Virus record (IMG/VR): IMGVR_UViG_3300005581_000001
Coordinates: 33,582 to 97,581 of that record
DNA: 64,000 nt
Reading direction: 5' to 3' (one strand)
DNA from: a virus
Shown here: piece after piece, positions 21,601 to 30,563 of the stretch
How positions within the stretch are numbered: the stretch's first letter is position 1
How the letters are laid out: each line of letters begins with the position of its first letter
The notes under the pieces: generated by a model
Told to the model about the DNA's origin: nothing
The model's database searches: none
The model's input: only the letters and a program-made list of their open reading frames with translations
Made by a program: the position numbers and the translations under genes

Positions 21601-23138
21601 AAGATTATAAACAAAAATCTAAATCTACTGGGAAATGGCTTCAAAATAAATATGCTGAAAATTCTCCTGGAGAAACATTTAGCGGAGAACATAGTAATGA
21701 ACTTAAAAAAATAGAAGACTTACTTGAAACTCATTTATATGATATATTATCTTATAGTGGTGAAAAAATATTTGGAACAAATATAGAGGCCGCTAAAGCT
21801 TCCTCAATGGTAAATGGATTTGCTGCAAGTATAGCAATGACTGCGAATTTAGGTTCAGGAGTAGTGAATGTGGCGAATGGTGCAACACAGATGTTTATGG
21901 AAGCTGTTGGTGGCGAGTATTTTAATAGAGAGAATTTAAGGAAAGCTGAGTATAATTACGGTAAAAACTTAATGAATATTTTAGAAGATTTAAATAAACC
22001 TGTTAAAAAATCATTCCATAATCAAATGTTAGATATGTTTGATATTTTTGGAGGATTTGATACCGCTACTCAAGAATTTATCAGAAACAGCTATGCTAAA
22101 AAAATAATATCAACACACTCAATGAATGGCTTGAATGAAATGGGTGAACATATGATGAATTCAATTCTTACGGAAGCTATTCTTAGGGATATTAAAGTAA
22201 TGAATAAGTCTAGACAATTTATTGATAAAAATGGTAATGTTGTTGATGAAAAAAAATCAGCTTCATTATTTGATATGCTTTCATTAGATGCAGACGGTAA
22301 ATTAGTAATGAGTGATAAAGTTGTCTATACAAAAAAGAATTTAGACGCAGAATATCATAAAGGAGGAAAAAGTCATATTAATTATTTAATTAAGAAAAAA
22401 GGTCACGATATTTTTGGTGTTTACGATCCGTTAATGAAAGCTTCTATTGCTAAAACGTGGTGGGGTAAAACATTGATGATGTTTAAAAATTTCTTTTTAT
22501 CTGGACTAGAATATAGATATAAAGGAGTGGCATCTTCATTAAAATCTAAAGACGAATTAACTGATGATGATATTTCTTTTAATAATGCTCAACAAGAATT
22601 TACTGAAGGAATATACACTTCTTTTGTTAGATTTATGGCAAATGGAGTTATTCCTGCATTAAAAAATCTTAGTTTATCATATATGAAAGATAATTACAAT
22701 TCTTTATCTGACTATGAAAAATCTAATTTGAATAAAACAACTTTAGAAATTGGTTTAACTATGGTAATATTACCATTAATTGGATACATATTAGCATTAG
22801 CTAAAACGGGTGATGATGACGATAAATTGTTTTTTGCATTGTATGTATTTAGAAGGTTAGAATCAGAACTTTCTCAATTTAGAGACCCAAGAGAGCTTAA
22901 TAGGATGATACAAAATCCAGTAGCCGCGAATAGGTTTATACAAAATGCCTTGACAACAGTTAGTGATATTATATCTCCATTAAACTTTGCTCCTAAAAAT
23001 AATGAAGTATTTTTTGATTACTTAAGCGAAGATGCTAAGCATAAAAACATATTAGTAAAGCATGTTAAAAAAGTATTTCCTTTTACAGCACAAATAGATA
23101 AAGAATACCAAAAACTCTATAGCCTTATAGATAAATAA
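18675..23138 (+). CDS. Giant virion protein with zincin metallopeptidase domain, 1487 aa
   Basis: FLHEVAH (HExxH) plus downstream EFVAE; hydrophobic segments near the C-terminus; third large gene of the crAss-like RNAP block. Confidence 0.7.
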   Translation: MSCTFSYVEKALRETNPIEADRLNEKGIETWKAIKNSKLFTLNKNKQYIFSKEGTKQRIRQDKFINDINENEFISNKNNEINVNLLKLSTPLVVVKKDLSEFVDESKPLAIQESVNVPSVNRTFETNKKLLFGNDDINKSHLAKDVLQNIIDSNLDFSRAGIDLIFKAINLVGKANSRVKIISQERFDELSKNTPGEGSAVMAYDSNFNTIYTTSENLSKFRTEDILEAFLHEVAHNLSIKAIVNPETWAEKDFNAFIKKAFEQYKYLAEKAGSKSYGFTNEKEFVAEIYANAKFQQELIDLDNSLWKKFKDYLRRLLDLPKSLANEELINSILLIEKVEGFIENSEVSSKITNFNEVMFKKVEEVKNIELETLSKQVQHTIDKSIDRITQLIKRTKSSKNAKNKEERAKFIKGFEELLEEIKSLEKNNQWKAITSYTKSFSSAVNSLNNNLKKVFRTSSVTHNKITYSFSENEMFKPTSDGQKYVIAEDLYEKYKDVESVKQLMAKNLLDINDDLYDILDNKSNKDIGTQEMLETVNSYDEYLSAYDLLDEINSLIKRSQNDSNLDRKAKIQIAEIKNTLSGLEQNHKALVAGFLNVKKSYAINLFARPENNTKIVNIWKNKIYAEYVKSGIKSETKEEYFGRMISTKYKEAYKDALLEDAGKIVYDPYFDISSAVSKVSDLLNINSPLINLMSNVISKVRDSIIAKYHDKQFEMSKVFEKYSKKYGQNSQSKMFGNIVQLSKNGTYYLKSEYSTDFLDSVENELYPILNEIKEAIASHEGFFGNQKELRKQLRADEEYQALRKKRAAWFKEHTVVVNNSTQPRMKYRNKELSKEELELVTYFRSETEKNNKDSYDGKMSLIRKTYGAVYYKLPSITKSDLERTLEGDIKGQFKDKWTDLTKTKADDINYGKAIGKDNREKNVIKIGYRSKVDSKEQSLDLFTVYRKEALNAINYQEKKSKENELKLFVDIAKDKDYKQKSKSTGKWLQNKYAENSPGETFSGEHSNELKKIEDLLETHLYDILSYSGEKIFGTNIEAAKASSMVNGFAASIAMTANLGSGVVNVANGATQMFMEAVGGEYFNRENLRKAEYNYGKNLMNILEDLNKPVKKSFHNQMLDMFDIFGGFDTATQEFIRNSYAKKIISTHSMNGLNEMGEHMMNSILTEAILRDIKVMNKSRQFIDKNGNVVDEKKSASLFDMLSLDADGKLVMSDKVVYTKKNLDAEYHKGGKSHINYLIKKKGHDIFGVYDPLMKASIAKTWWGKTLMMFKNFFLSGLEYRYKGVASSLKSKDELTDDDISFNNAQQEFTEGIYTSFVRFMANGVIPALKNLSLSYMKDNYNSLSDYEKSNLNKTTLEIGLTMVILPLIGYILALAKTGDDDDKLFFALYVFRRLESELSQFRDPRELNRMIQNPVAANRFIQNALTTVSDIISPLNFAPKNNEVFFDYLSEDAKHKNILVKHVKKVFPFTAQIDKEYQKLYSLIDK

Positions 23139-23144
23139 AAAGTC

Positions 23145-23186
23145 AAAAAAAAAGCCGTATATACTTAATTGTATATACGGCTTTTT
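23145..23186. terminator. Bidirectional terminator between converging blocks
   Basis: A9-GCCGTATATAC-ttaatt-GTATATACGGC-T5. Confidence 0.9.
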
Positions 23187-23194
23187 GCGTTTTA

Positions 23195-23356
23195 TTATTT
23201 TTTTATTTCTTTTGGTACTTTAACTAAAATATTTCCGTTTGGCTTTTTAAATATAGCCATAGGCACACCAGTAGTTTTTACTTGATCAGCTAATCCTTTA
23301 GCAACTTCGCGAAAATCTACTTCGTCTTCATACTCCATTATGATTTTTCTATTCAT
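23195..23356 (-). CDS. Small hypothetical protein, 53 aa (MNRKIIMEYEDEVDF...), not in the ORF track
   Basis: Open frame read by hand; ends just before the terminator. Confidence 0.5.
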   Translation of the reverse strand: MNRKIIMEYEDEVDFREVAKGLADQVKTTGVPMAIFKKPNGNILVKVPKEIKK

Positions 23357-23508
23357 TATTATTTCTTTAAATTAGTGATTCTAACCACAACAGAATCCTC
23401 GCCTTCACTTTCAATAAATCCAGCTTCTGCAGGAATATTTACAATTTCAGTCATAAATTCTTTGTAATCCTCTTCTTTTTCAAAAGTCCAAATTATTTTT
23501 TTCATTTA

Positions 23509-23706
23509 TTATTTATTTAAATTTCCTCTATTAAACAAAACTTCATTATCCATTTTTTTATAAAAATTAACAACTATATTATTAACTTTTTTTTGACATT
23601 TATCACAATACAATTGTTCTACTTTTTCACCAGTAGCTATTATTGTTCTACATTCATTACATAATGTAGCCCCGTTACCATTATTAAATTTATAAACTAC
23701 ATTCAT
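23509..23706 (-). CDS. Small Zn-ribbon protein (CNEC...CDKC)
   Basis: KFNNGNGATLCNEC; ATG 23706 overlaps the upstream stop codon. Confidence 0.55.
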   Translation of the reverse strand: MNVVYKFNNGNGATLCNECRTIIATGEKVEQLYCDKCQKKVNNIVVNFYKKMDNEVLFNRGNLNK

Positions 23707-23909
23707 AATTTTTCTATTTCTTGTTTTACTTCTTGCCAATATTCATAAAATTTTAAGCTTTGAACTAAATGTTTTCTTCTTGAATTTAAAATCTCATCAA
23801 CTGCTATTAATGCACATTGTTTTGCTTGTTTTACAGTAAACATTGGTATTATATTATCTACTAACCAATATTTATCTAAAATTTCGTTTGCTTTTTCTTT
23901 TGGTGTCAT
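23703..23909 (-). CDS. Hypothetical phage protein (MTPKEKA...AKQCALIAVDEI)
   Basis: Resembles a common small Bacteroidota-phage protein. Confidence 0.6.
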   Translation of the reverse strand: MTPKEKANEILDKYWLVDNIIPMFTVKQAKQCALIAVDEILNSRRKHLVQSLKFYEYWQEVKQEIEKL

Positions 23910-23942
23910 AATTCAAATATATTTCCATTACTTGTTAATTTT

Positions 23943-24434
23943 TTATTCATTGTGTTCTTTTATATACTTTATTACATTATTTAATATAAATATATTTTCA
24001 AAACTCATACCAAGTACAGAGTTACATTGACCACATATTAATTTTCTTACTGAATTAGTTTTATGATTATGATCCACAACTAATCCATTAAAACAATCAT
24101 CACTATGTTTTTCACATATATAACACTTATTATCTTGTTTTAATAACATGTTATTGTAATCTTCTATAGAAATATTATAAGATCTTTTTAAATTATAATT
24201 TGTATATCTTTTTTTGTTTTTTAAATATTCTCTTTTTTTTATTTCTTGTATTTTTTCTTTATTATTTTTCTTATATTCGTTGTTTATTTTCATAAAACAA
24301 GTTTTACATCTTGATTGATAATAATTTTTTAATACATTTCTTTTATAAAAATTATCTATACTTAATTCTAATCCACATTTATTACACTTTTTTACTAAAT
24401 TTTCTTTTGTATTATTACACATATATTTTATCAT
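23943..24434 (-). CDS. Free-standing homing endonuclease, endonuclease VII (HNH-fold) type
   Basis: N-terminal CxxC...CxxC; CYIC...LVVDHNHKTNSVRKLICGQCNSVLG. Confidence 0.85.
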   Translation of the reverse strand: MIKYMCNNTKENLVKKCNKCGLELSIDNFYKRNVLKNYYQSRCKTCFMKINNEYKKNNKEKIQEIKKREYLKNKKRYTNYNLKRSYNISIEDYNNMLLKQDNKCYICEKHSDDCFNGLVVDHNHKTNSVRKLICGQCNSVLGMSFENIFILNNVIKYIKEHNE

Positions 24435-24445
24435 TTTAATATATG

Positions 24446-24477
24446 CAAATATACAAAAAATAAATGGTAAAACCTAA
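24446..24477 (-). promoter_or_regulatory. TTAGG-N19-TATATTTG promoter of the EndoVII-type endonuclease
   Basis: Reverse complement of caaatata (24446-24453) and cctaa (24473-24477). Confidence 0.65.
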
Positions 24478-24480
24478 TTT

Positions 24481-25182
24481 TTATTGATATATTTTTACGT
24501 TTTTATCATTTATTTCAAAAATATTTCCATTTGAATATAGTTTTCCAAACCTCCCGTCTTTAACTACACTTCCATTTGAAAAATAAATATCATTTTGATA
24601 TAAAATTCCATTATTTTGAATATCTTCATTTGAATGGATGTGACCAAAGCAAACTAATTGTGGTTTAACTCTATTTAACATATGATTTCTAAGGCTTTTA
24701 CAGCCACAAAATTCTAATTTTCCATCTCTATCATAAGATAAGTCTAATATTCCTTTAGGAGGGCCGTGAGACACTACTATGTCTATCCAATCAGGAATAG
24801 ATGAATATAGTTTATCCATCTTACTTCTATCTTTCATAAACCACCAATTTCCAAAATTTGGACTGATTGGACTTCCCCATATTGATACACCATCAACAAG
24901 TGTCCAATCGTCTTCTAAGTATATAATATTTAAATCTTTACAAATTTTATTAACTTCTTTTTTATTGTGATACACAAAAGAGCTGTGATTTCCAGCTACA
25001 AAAACTTTATTTTTAATTGGCAGACAAGCAAACCAGTTTATAAAATCTCTAAACTCAGGTTCATTATTATATTGATCCTTAGAATTAGATTCGTCACCAC
25101 TATGAATGACGATATCTATTTCTTCAGGAATATTTAATAATCCGTGATAACTATGGGTGTCCGAAAGGTGCCATATCTTCAT
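24481..25182 (-). CDS. Metallophosphoesterase (calcineurin-like)
   Basis: SDTH, HSGD, AGNH, SHGPP and FGHIH motifs. Confidence 0.9.
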   Translation of the reverse strand: MKIWHLSDTHSYHGLLNIPEEIDIVIHSGDESNSKDQYNNEPEFRDFINWFACLPIKNKVFVAGNHSSFVYHNKKEVNKICKDLNIIYLEDDWTLVDGVSIWGSPISPNFGNWWFMKDRSKMDKLYSSIPDWIDIVVSHGPPKGILDLSYDRDGKLEFCGCKSLRNHMLNRVKPQLVCFGHIHSNEDIQNNGILYQNDIYFSNGSVVKDGRFGKLYSNGNIFEINDKNVKIYQ

Positions 25183-25522
25183 TGTCGAAATTATTTTCTT
25201 TAATTTGTATTCTATCTATAAGACTCGCTTTTTCTAACATAAGGTAAATGATTAAATCATTATATTTTTCTTCAATCATTGCCTTAGACGGTAATTTACC
25301 TTCTGCTCTTAAATCAGTTTTTATATCTTGTATAGATATATAATGTTTCATTGCAAATCCCCACAATACATCTTCTCTAAGTTGCCCTGTGACTTTAGAA
25401 CCCTCTTCAAAATTATGAAAAGGATTGCTAAATCTTCTATATTCCTTGCCTTTTATTACAAGAATATTTCTAATGTTGTCAAGGGTTTTTTCTACAACCC
25501 AATCAAAATTTTTTTCTGTCAT
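25151..25522 (-). CDS. Putative all-alpha nucleotide pyrophosphohydrolase-like / nucleotide-modification-associated protein
   Basis: KGKEY...NF...MKH...EEKYNDLIIYL pattern. Confidence 0.5.
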   Translation of the reverse strand: MTEKNFDWVVEKTLDNIRNILVIKGKEYRRFSNPFHNFEEGSKVTGQLREDVLWGFAMKHYISIQDIKTDLRAEGKLPSKAMIEEKYNDLIIYLMLEKASLIDRIQIKENNFDNEDMAPFGHP

Positions 25523-26188
25523 TTAATTACATTTTAAAATCCATAATTTAATATCATTGTCTGTATTTGGATTAATTCCAAACAAATCAATTTCAGAATT
25601 TGTGTTTAAAGATTCTATAATATTTACATTGTAAGATTCATTATTTGCGACATTTGTTGACAATAGTAAAAATAAACATTCATTTTGATAGTTTTCTATT
25701 AAATCAGTAATTAATAATTCTGCTATTTCTTTGTAAAAAGAATCAAAATCAAAATCTTCATCAATTTTGAAGTTTTTAATATTTTCATCTAAATAATTAT
25801 CAAAATATTCCTTAAAATCATTCATAAATTTCATTAATACGTCAAGACCTTCAACTGTTTTAATTCCGCAACTAATACAAGATTCTGAAATATCTAATAT
25901 TTTCTCTCCATCAAAAATATAATCTTCTTGACCGTCAATTTTAATTGTGATAATAAATCCAGGAATACCAGCTTCGTTTACAATAGAAGTTTCAGCCTCC
26001 AATCCATCGATAATTGGTATTTGAGGAATAACTTCTACAGCTTCTATAAATAAATTTTTAGCATAATTTGCTTGAATTCCTTTATCGTTTATAATAGCGT
26101 ATCTGGTTTCAGTCTCGTTAATAACTTCATATTCTTTACCAGTTGTAATTGATTTATTATTACTTTTATTTTTACAATTTAATTTCAT
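25523..26188 (-). CDS. Hypothetical protein, 221 aa
   Basis: N-terminal ITTGKEYEVI small beta domain; SCG and NPNT motifs. Confidence 0.55.
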   Translation of the reverse strand: MKLNCKNKSNNKSITTGKEYEVINETETRYAIINDKGIQANYAKNLFIEAVEVIPQIPIIDGLEAETSIVNEAGIPGFIITIKIDGQEDYIFDGEKILDISESCISCGIKTVEGLDVLMKFMNDFKEYFDNYLDENIKNFKIDEDFDFDSFYKEIAELLITDLIENYQNECLFLLLSTNVANNESYNVNIIESLNTNSEIDLFGINPNTDNDIKLWILKCN

Positions 26189-26199
26189 TTTTTTCTTTT

Positions 26200-27468
26200 T
26201 TATTTGTTTATTTTATTATATTCAGCAATACATTCTTCAACATTTCCTTTATAAATATTGTAGTCTACTGCATTTTCCATCATTTTGTTTAGCCATACAG
26301 TTTCTTGAGTTTCTAACGTATGTAATATAAATATATTACCATCTTTATCGCCATCTTGCCTTAATCTACCTATTTTTTGAATAAAACCTACCTCTGAACT
26401 GTAATAAGACATTATAATACAAGCGCCTGCTTTTTCTAGATTAGCTCCTTGAACTAACTTTTTAAAAGAGGCTATCGTTTTAATCATACCTTTATCAAAC
26501 ATAGATCTTATATCCTCATTATTTTTGTCACTATTTTTAGAGGAAACTACATATGGTGTAATCAACTCTAATTGTTTAATTGAATTTCCAAATATAACTG
26601 TTTTTTCTTTAATTTCTTTTAACAGTCTTTTAACTATAGCTACTTTTTCTGGCAAATTATATAATAAAGTAGCTCTTCTCGACGCTAATCTAGCTAATTC
26701 AATTTCTCTTTTTTCACTCCATCTATAAAAATCAATACTACTTTCTGTATGCTCGGAATCTCTTTCTTTTTTAAATAATAAATCTATATAATTATACGAA
26801 GAGGCTTCTGTTTGATAGAATTTATGTTTAGCATTTCCTGCTTCAATATTTTTATCAGTTTTATTTAAATAACTTTCTACTATAAAAATATTTAATTTTC
26901 TGGAGGTGCCTTCATTTTGCCCTTGATTAATATTGTATTTGTAACATATTGGAGCAAATCTATTTAACATTTGTTCTTTAGAAACAACCAAACCTTTAAA
27001 CACCCCTGACAATGCACTATCTTCATTCACTGAATAAAATATACTGCCATTAAACATTGCTGTTAATCCTAAAATAGCTTCAGCTTCATTATTTACATAA
27101 AACTTATAATTCATAGGTGATATAGAGTCTGGGATTTCATCAGCTATTACTAATCCAAACTTTCGTCCAGACCAATTTCTAACAGTTTGATAACATTGAA
27201 ACTCTATATCGTAATCTTGTAAAACATTGCAATTGTAAATGTTATTGAATTTAGTAACATCCTTAATAAAGTCTCTTAACCTATCTTTTTGTTCAGCTAA
27301 AAATAAATGTTTTACAGTCCTATCTAAAGGCATTGTGTATAAAGCTTTTAGAGAAAGAAATGTTTTACCTAATCCTGTTATAATTTCAGTAGTGCCACGT
27401 TTTCCAGACTTAATCCAAGCGTTTAATGCTTCATCTTGAATTTTACTTTTTTGTTCATTTAATTCCAT
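26200..27468 (-). CDS. Superfamily 2 helicase
   Basis: TGLGKT Walker A, IADEI(P), LGLTA and QKIGRLR motifs. Confidence 0.85.
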   Translation of the reverse strand: MELNEQKSKIQDEALNAWIKSGKRGTTEIITGLGKTFLSLKALYTMPLDRTVKHLFLAEQKDRLRDFIKDVTKFNNIYNCNVLQDYDIEFQCYQTVRNWSGRKFGLVIADEIPDSISPMNYKFYVNNEAEAILGLTAMFNGSIFYSVNEDSALSGVFKGLVVSKEQMLNRFAPICYKYNINQGQNEGTSRKLNIFIVESYLNKTDKNIEAGNAKHKFYQTEASSYNYIDLLFKKERDSEHTESSIDFYRWSEKREIELARLASRRATLLYNLPEKVAIVKRLLKEIKEKTVIFGNSIKQLELITPYVVSSKNSDKNNEDIRSMFDKGMIKTIASFKKLVQGANLEKAGACIIMSYYSSEVGFIQKIGRLRQDGDKDGNIFILHTLETQETVWLNKMMENAVDYNIYKGNVEECIAEYNKINK

Positions 27469-28117
27469 TTTGTTTAATTAGTTTTAAATAAGATTCTTTT
27501 GAACAATTATCTAATTTATAATTATTTTTTACTATGTTTCTGGTAAAATTATTATTTATTCCATCACCTTTATCTAATTCACACATTATTTGTTCCGTAG
27601 TAAGTGATTTACATCCACAAGGTAACATTAAGATATGATTTGAATTATATCCATAACTTGAACGTAATGGTAGTTCGTTATATTCTACACAGAATATATT
27701 ACAAGCTAATGTAAATAACAATCCTTTATCTATATCTTCAAAATATCTACATAAATTAATAAAGTGTTTTCCAATTACATGAAAAAGATCTTGAGACCCT
27801 AATTTCTCATATAAACACCTAACAACCATTCCAGTATATTGTAAATATGATTTATTTTGACCATTATAATTTAACTTTAGGTACAAATCTTTATTAATGT
27901 ATACTTCGGTAAAATCAATTATTCCTATTTTTTTTATTGATGATAAAAATAAATTTAAATCATCTTCACTATATTCACTATATTTGTAATTTTCCAGTAT
28001 TATATAGTAATCTCTTTTTAATCCGTTTTTATTATCAATAATTATTGAATTATTAAAATAACTGAAACAACCTGTTTCTCTATGCATTTCTTTACCTATC
28101 ATAAAACTATCAGCCAT
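27455..28117 (-). CDS. Hypothetical protein, 220 aa
   Basis: ORF in the operon; CFS...RCLYE...NSNH pattern. Confidence 0.55.
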   Translation of the reverse strand: MADSFMIGKEMHRETGCFSYFNNSIIIDNKNGLKRDYYIILENYKYSEYSEDDLNLFLSSIKKIGIIDFTEVYINKDLYLKLNYNGQNKSYLQYTGMVVRCLYEKLGSQDLFHVIGKHFINLCRYFEDIDKGLLFTLACNIFCVEYNELPLRSSYGYNSNHILMLPCGCKSLTTEQIMCELDKGDGINNNFTRNIVKNNYKLDNCSKESYLKLIKQNGIK

Positions 28118-28159
28118 ATTTTCTCATATTTAATTATTTATCTGTTTACTTTAAAAAAA

Positions 28160-28228
28160 ACAAGTAGCCAGGAATCGAACCTGGCTTTACTGTTAGACTT
28201 GGCGTATTACCATTCATACTATACTTGT
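28160..28228 (-). ncRNA. tRNA-like element with no paired anticodon arm
   Basis: Acceptor ACAAGTA/TACTTGT, D arm GTAT-GAATGGTA-ATAC, T arm GCCAGG-TTCGATT-CCTGGC; only ~18 unpaired nt between the D and T arms. Confidence 0.65.
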
Positions 28229-28238
28229 TAATTATTTA

Positions 28239-29987
28239 TTATATTCCGCAAGAACCCCCATGACCACTAATTTCACAAATATCGTGGAATTCTTCCTTAT
28301 ATTCGTTTCCTTCGTGTTCTTTTGCATCTTTATAGGATACTGGAGTTAGCGGTTGTCCACCCCTACTACCGTCTGGGTAACAAGTGAATCCGCGTAATCT
28401 TGAGGCGTATTTAGCAAGAACTAATGCAAAATCATTAACTCTTGTATCGTTGTTTAATTCTGTTCCCCATTTTGGGATATTTATTGTAGAACTTATTGAC
28501 ATATCAACGTAGTCTTGAATATCAGCTTGAAACTTAATCCTTCTTTCAAAGTCTTTAGCCAAATCAATTGCTGTTTCAATTTTGTTGGGGTCTAATCCAT
28601 ATTTATTAATAAGTATTTTAGCTGTCCCATCTATAACATATTGATAATGCCATTCTTTTTGCCCTTTTAAATATCTTCTTTTATATGCTACTGCAAATAA
28701 TGGTTCTATTCCAGTTGTTGTTCCTGCTAATATTCCAATAGTTCCTGTTGGTGCAATAGCTCTGTAAGCTACTGGCTTATTGATTTTTAATTTATTAGCA
28801 AGTTCATTAGCACCAGTTTCTGACCTATGTTGATAAACACTCATCCACTGATGTAATTCTGGAACTACTTCGTATCTATAATTCTTTTTTAATAGCCATT
28901 CGTGAACACCCATTAATCCAAGTCCTAATCTTCTGTTTTTTTCTCTAACATCATACACTTTCTTGTACGGTAAATCAGCTACCATTGTACCACAAAGCAA
29001 GAATTTAGAAACTAATTCGCATACTTCTTCAAATCTTTCGATTGTATCAATATTTGCCATATTTACAGAAGCTAGATTACATACATCACTATCATCTTCA
29101 GATGTGACCTCTGTACAAGCATTTCTAAGTGTTTCTAAGACTTTCTCAAAGAAGTTGAAACTGAAACCTGGTTCGCCAGTTTTCAAAGCTTGGCGACAGT
29201 TTTCCAAGAACGTTATAGGCACCTTAACTATAGGCAAGTTCGCAATTGCAGGCTTACCACCGCGCTTATAAATTTCTTCTAATTTTTTAAAAGGTATTCC
29301 GTAGATTTCCTCTAAAAAATCATTATCATAATTTAATGAAATATTTGTCATATCTAATGGAGCGGGATAGTTAAAGTCCTTCTCTTTTAGTTGCCCTATA
29401 GATAATTGATTACCATTATCATCATATGCTCCTGCAACCGGCATTGAATTCCAATCTTTACAATGTAAAAATTCTCCTGCGTCCCCGTGTTTCCAGTTTA
29501 ATGATGCATAAATAGCACTTCTTCGAGATCCGCCTTGCATGACTTCTCTTCCTATTTCATTAAGCATTTTCATTTTTGATAGAGGCCCAGAGGCAGTACC
29601 TCCAGTTCTTTTAATAATTGCCCCTCTTTTTCTATAAATAGAATAGTCATTTCCTATTCCGCCTCCAGTCATTAAACAACTTTCAGCTTTCCACGATAAA
29701 TTAGCCCAATCTTCACGACTATCCTCTTCGCTTCTTAACAAATAGCAATTGTTAAAAGCTTTAAATGGTCTTCCGCAATAATATAGATATCTACCGCCAG
29801 CGATAAATTCCATATTTGTATGCATTTCTTTAAGCTTGGCTTTATCATCCTTGCTTAAATAATCCCTACAAACATCTTCTATTAATGTGTCTGAAAGTTC
29901 TTTCCAGTCATTAGCTTTCTCGTGTTTATATTTATAGTTAAATATATTTTCACTAAATTCAGTTCTAAAATACTTATTCAAATTCAT
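28239..29987 (-). CDS. nrdJ: Ribonucleotide reductase, probably class II (B12-dependent)
   Basis: FNNCYL, GGGIG, NACTE active site, CNLASVN, APTGT and a C-terminal Cys pair; no beta-subunit gene nearby. Confidence 0.8.
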   Translation of the reverse strand: MNLNKYFRTEFSENIFNYKYKHEKANDWKELSDTLIEDVCRDYLSKDDKAKLKEMHTNMEFIAGGRYLYYCGRPFKAFNNCYLLRSEEDSREDWANLSWKAESCLMTGGGIGNDYSIYRKRGAIIKRTGGTASGPLSKMKMLNEIGREVMQGGSRRSAIYASLNWKHGDAGEFLHCKDWNSMPVAGAYDDNGNQLSIGQLKEKDFNYPAPLDMTNISLNYDNDFLEEIYGIPFKKLEEIYKRGGKPAIANLPIVKVPITFLENCRQALKTGEPGFSFNFFEKVLETLRNACTEVTSEDDSDVCNLASVNMANIDTIERFEEVCELVSKFLLCGTMVADLPYKKVYDVREKNRRLGLGLMGVHEWLLKKNYRYEVVPELHQWMSVYQHRSETGANELANKLKINKPVAYRAIAPTGTIGILAGTTTGIEPLFAVAYKRRYLKGQKEWHYQYVIDGTAKILINKYGLDPNKIETAIDLAKDFERRIKFQADIQDYVDMSISSTINIPKWGTELNNDTRVNDFALVLAKYASRLRGFTCYPDGSRGGQPLTPVSYKDAKEHEGNEYKEEFHDICEISGHGGSCGI

Positions 29988-29996
29988 TCGTTATTT

Positions 29997-30563
29997 TTAT
30001 AATTTCATTGCTATTACATCAGCAATTCTAAATGTTTCATCGTGTTTTGACACGTATTGTCCCAATTCAGCATCATCATCTATCTTAACGTTTGCTCTTT
30101 TTTCTAATTTTTCTTTAAGTATTTTATCTTTGTATAACTTTTGTTTAATCGTCAAGATAACATTGATACCTCCATAAACTTTTCCGTACATTACTGTCCA
30201 GAATTTCAATATTAATTTTTTTGCATCATCTCCAAATTTAGAATATTTACTTTCTTGTAAAAAATAATATTCTTTTAAATAATCTTCTGGAAATTTAAAA
30301 ACATAAACTACTCTATCGCTATCTTTTATATCTATTATTTTTACGAACAATTCACTATCTATAAGTTGATGTTCATATCTTGTAAACTCAGGATTTTTAA
30401 AACTGAATTCAAATAATAGAAAAAAACATTCAAAAAATTCATTATCTTCGTCAAACATGTAAGTGTTTTCTAAATAATTAATAAAATTTGAATCTATGTT
30501 TACTAATTCTGATAACAATGGTAATAAGTATGTTTTTGATGCATTATACTTAATTTTACTCAT
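29997..30563 (-). CDS. Hypothetical protein, 188 aa
   Basis: ORF coupled to the exonuclease gene. Confidence 0.55.
   Translation of the reverse strand: MSKIKYNASKTYLLPLLSELVNIDSNFINYLENTYMFDEDNEFFECFFLLFEFSFKNPEFTRYEHQLIDSELFVKIIDIKDSDRVVYVFKFPEDYLKEYYFLQESKYSKFGDDAKKLILKFWTVMYGKVYGGINVILTIKQKLYKDKILKEKLEKRANVKIDDDAELGQYVSKHDETFRIADVIAMKL

Noticed and set aside
28190-28200. CTA in the middle of the tRNA-like element read as an amber-suppressor anticodon
   Set aside because: No anticodon stem forms around it, the segment is too short, and the genome shows no TAG recoding.
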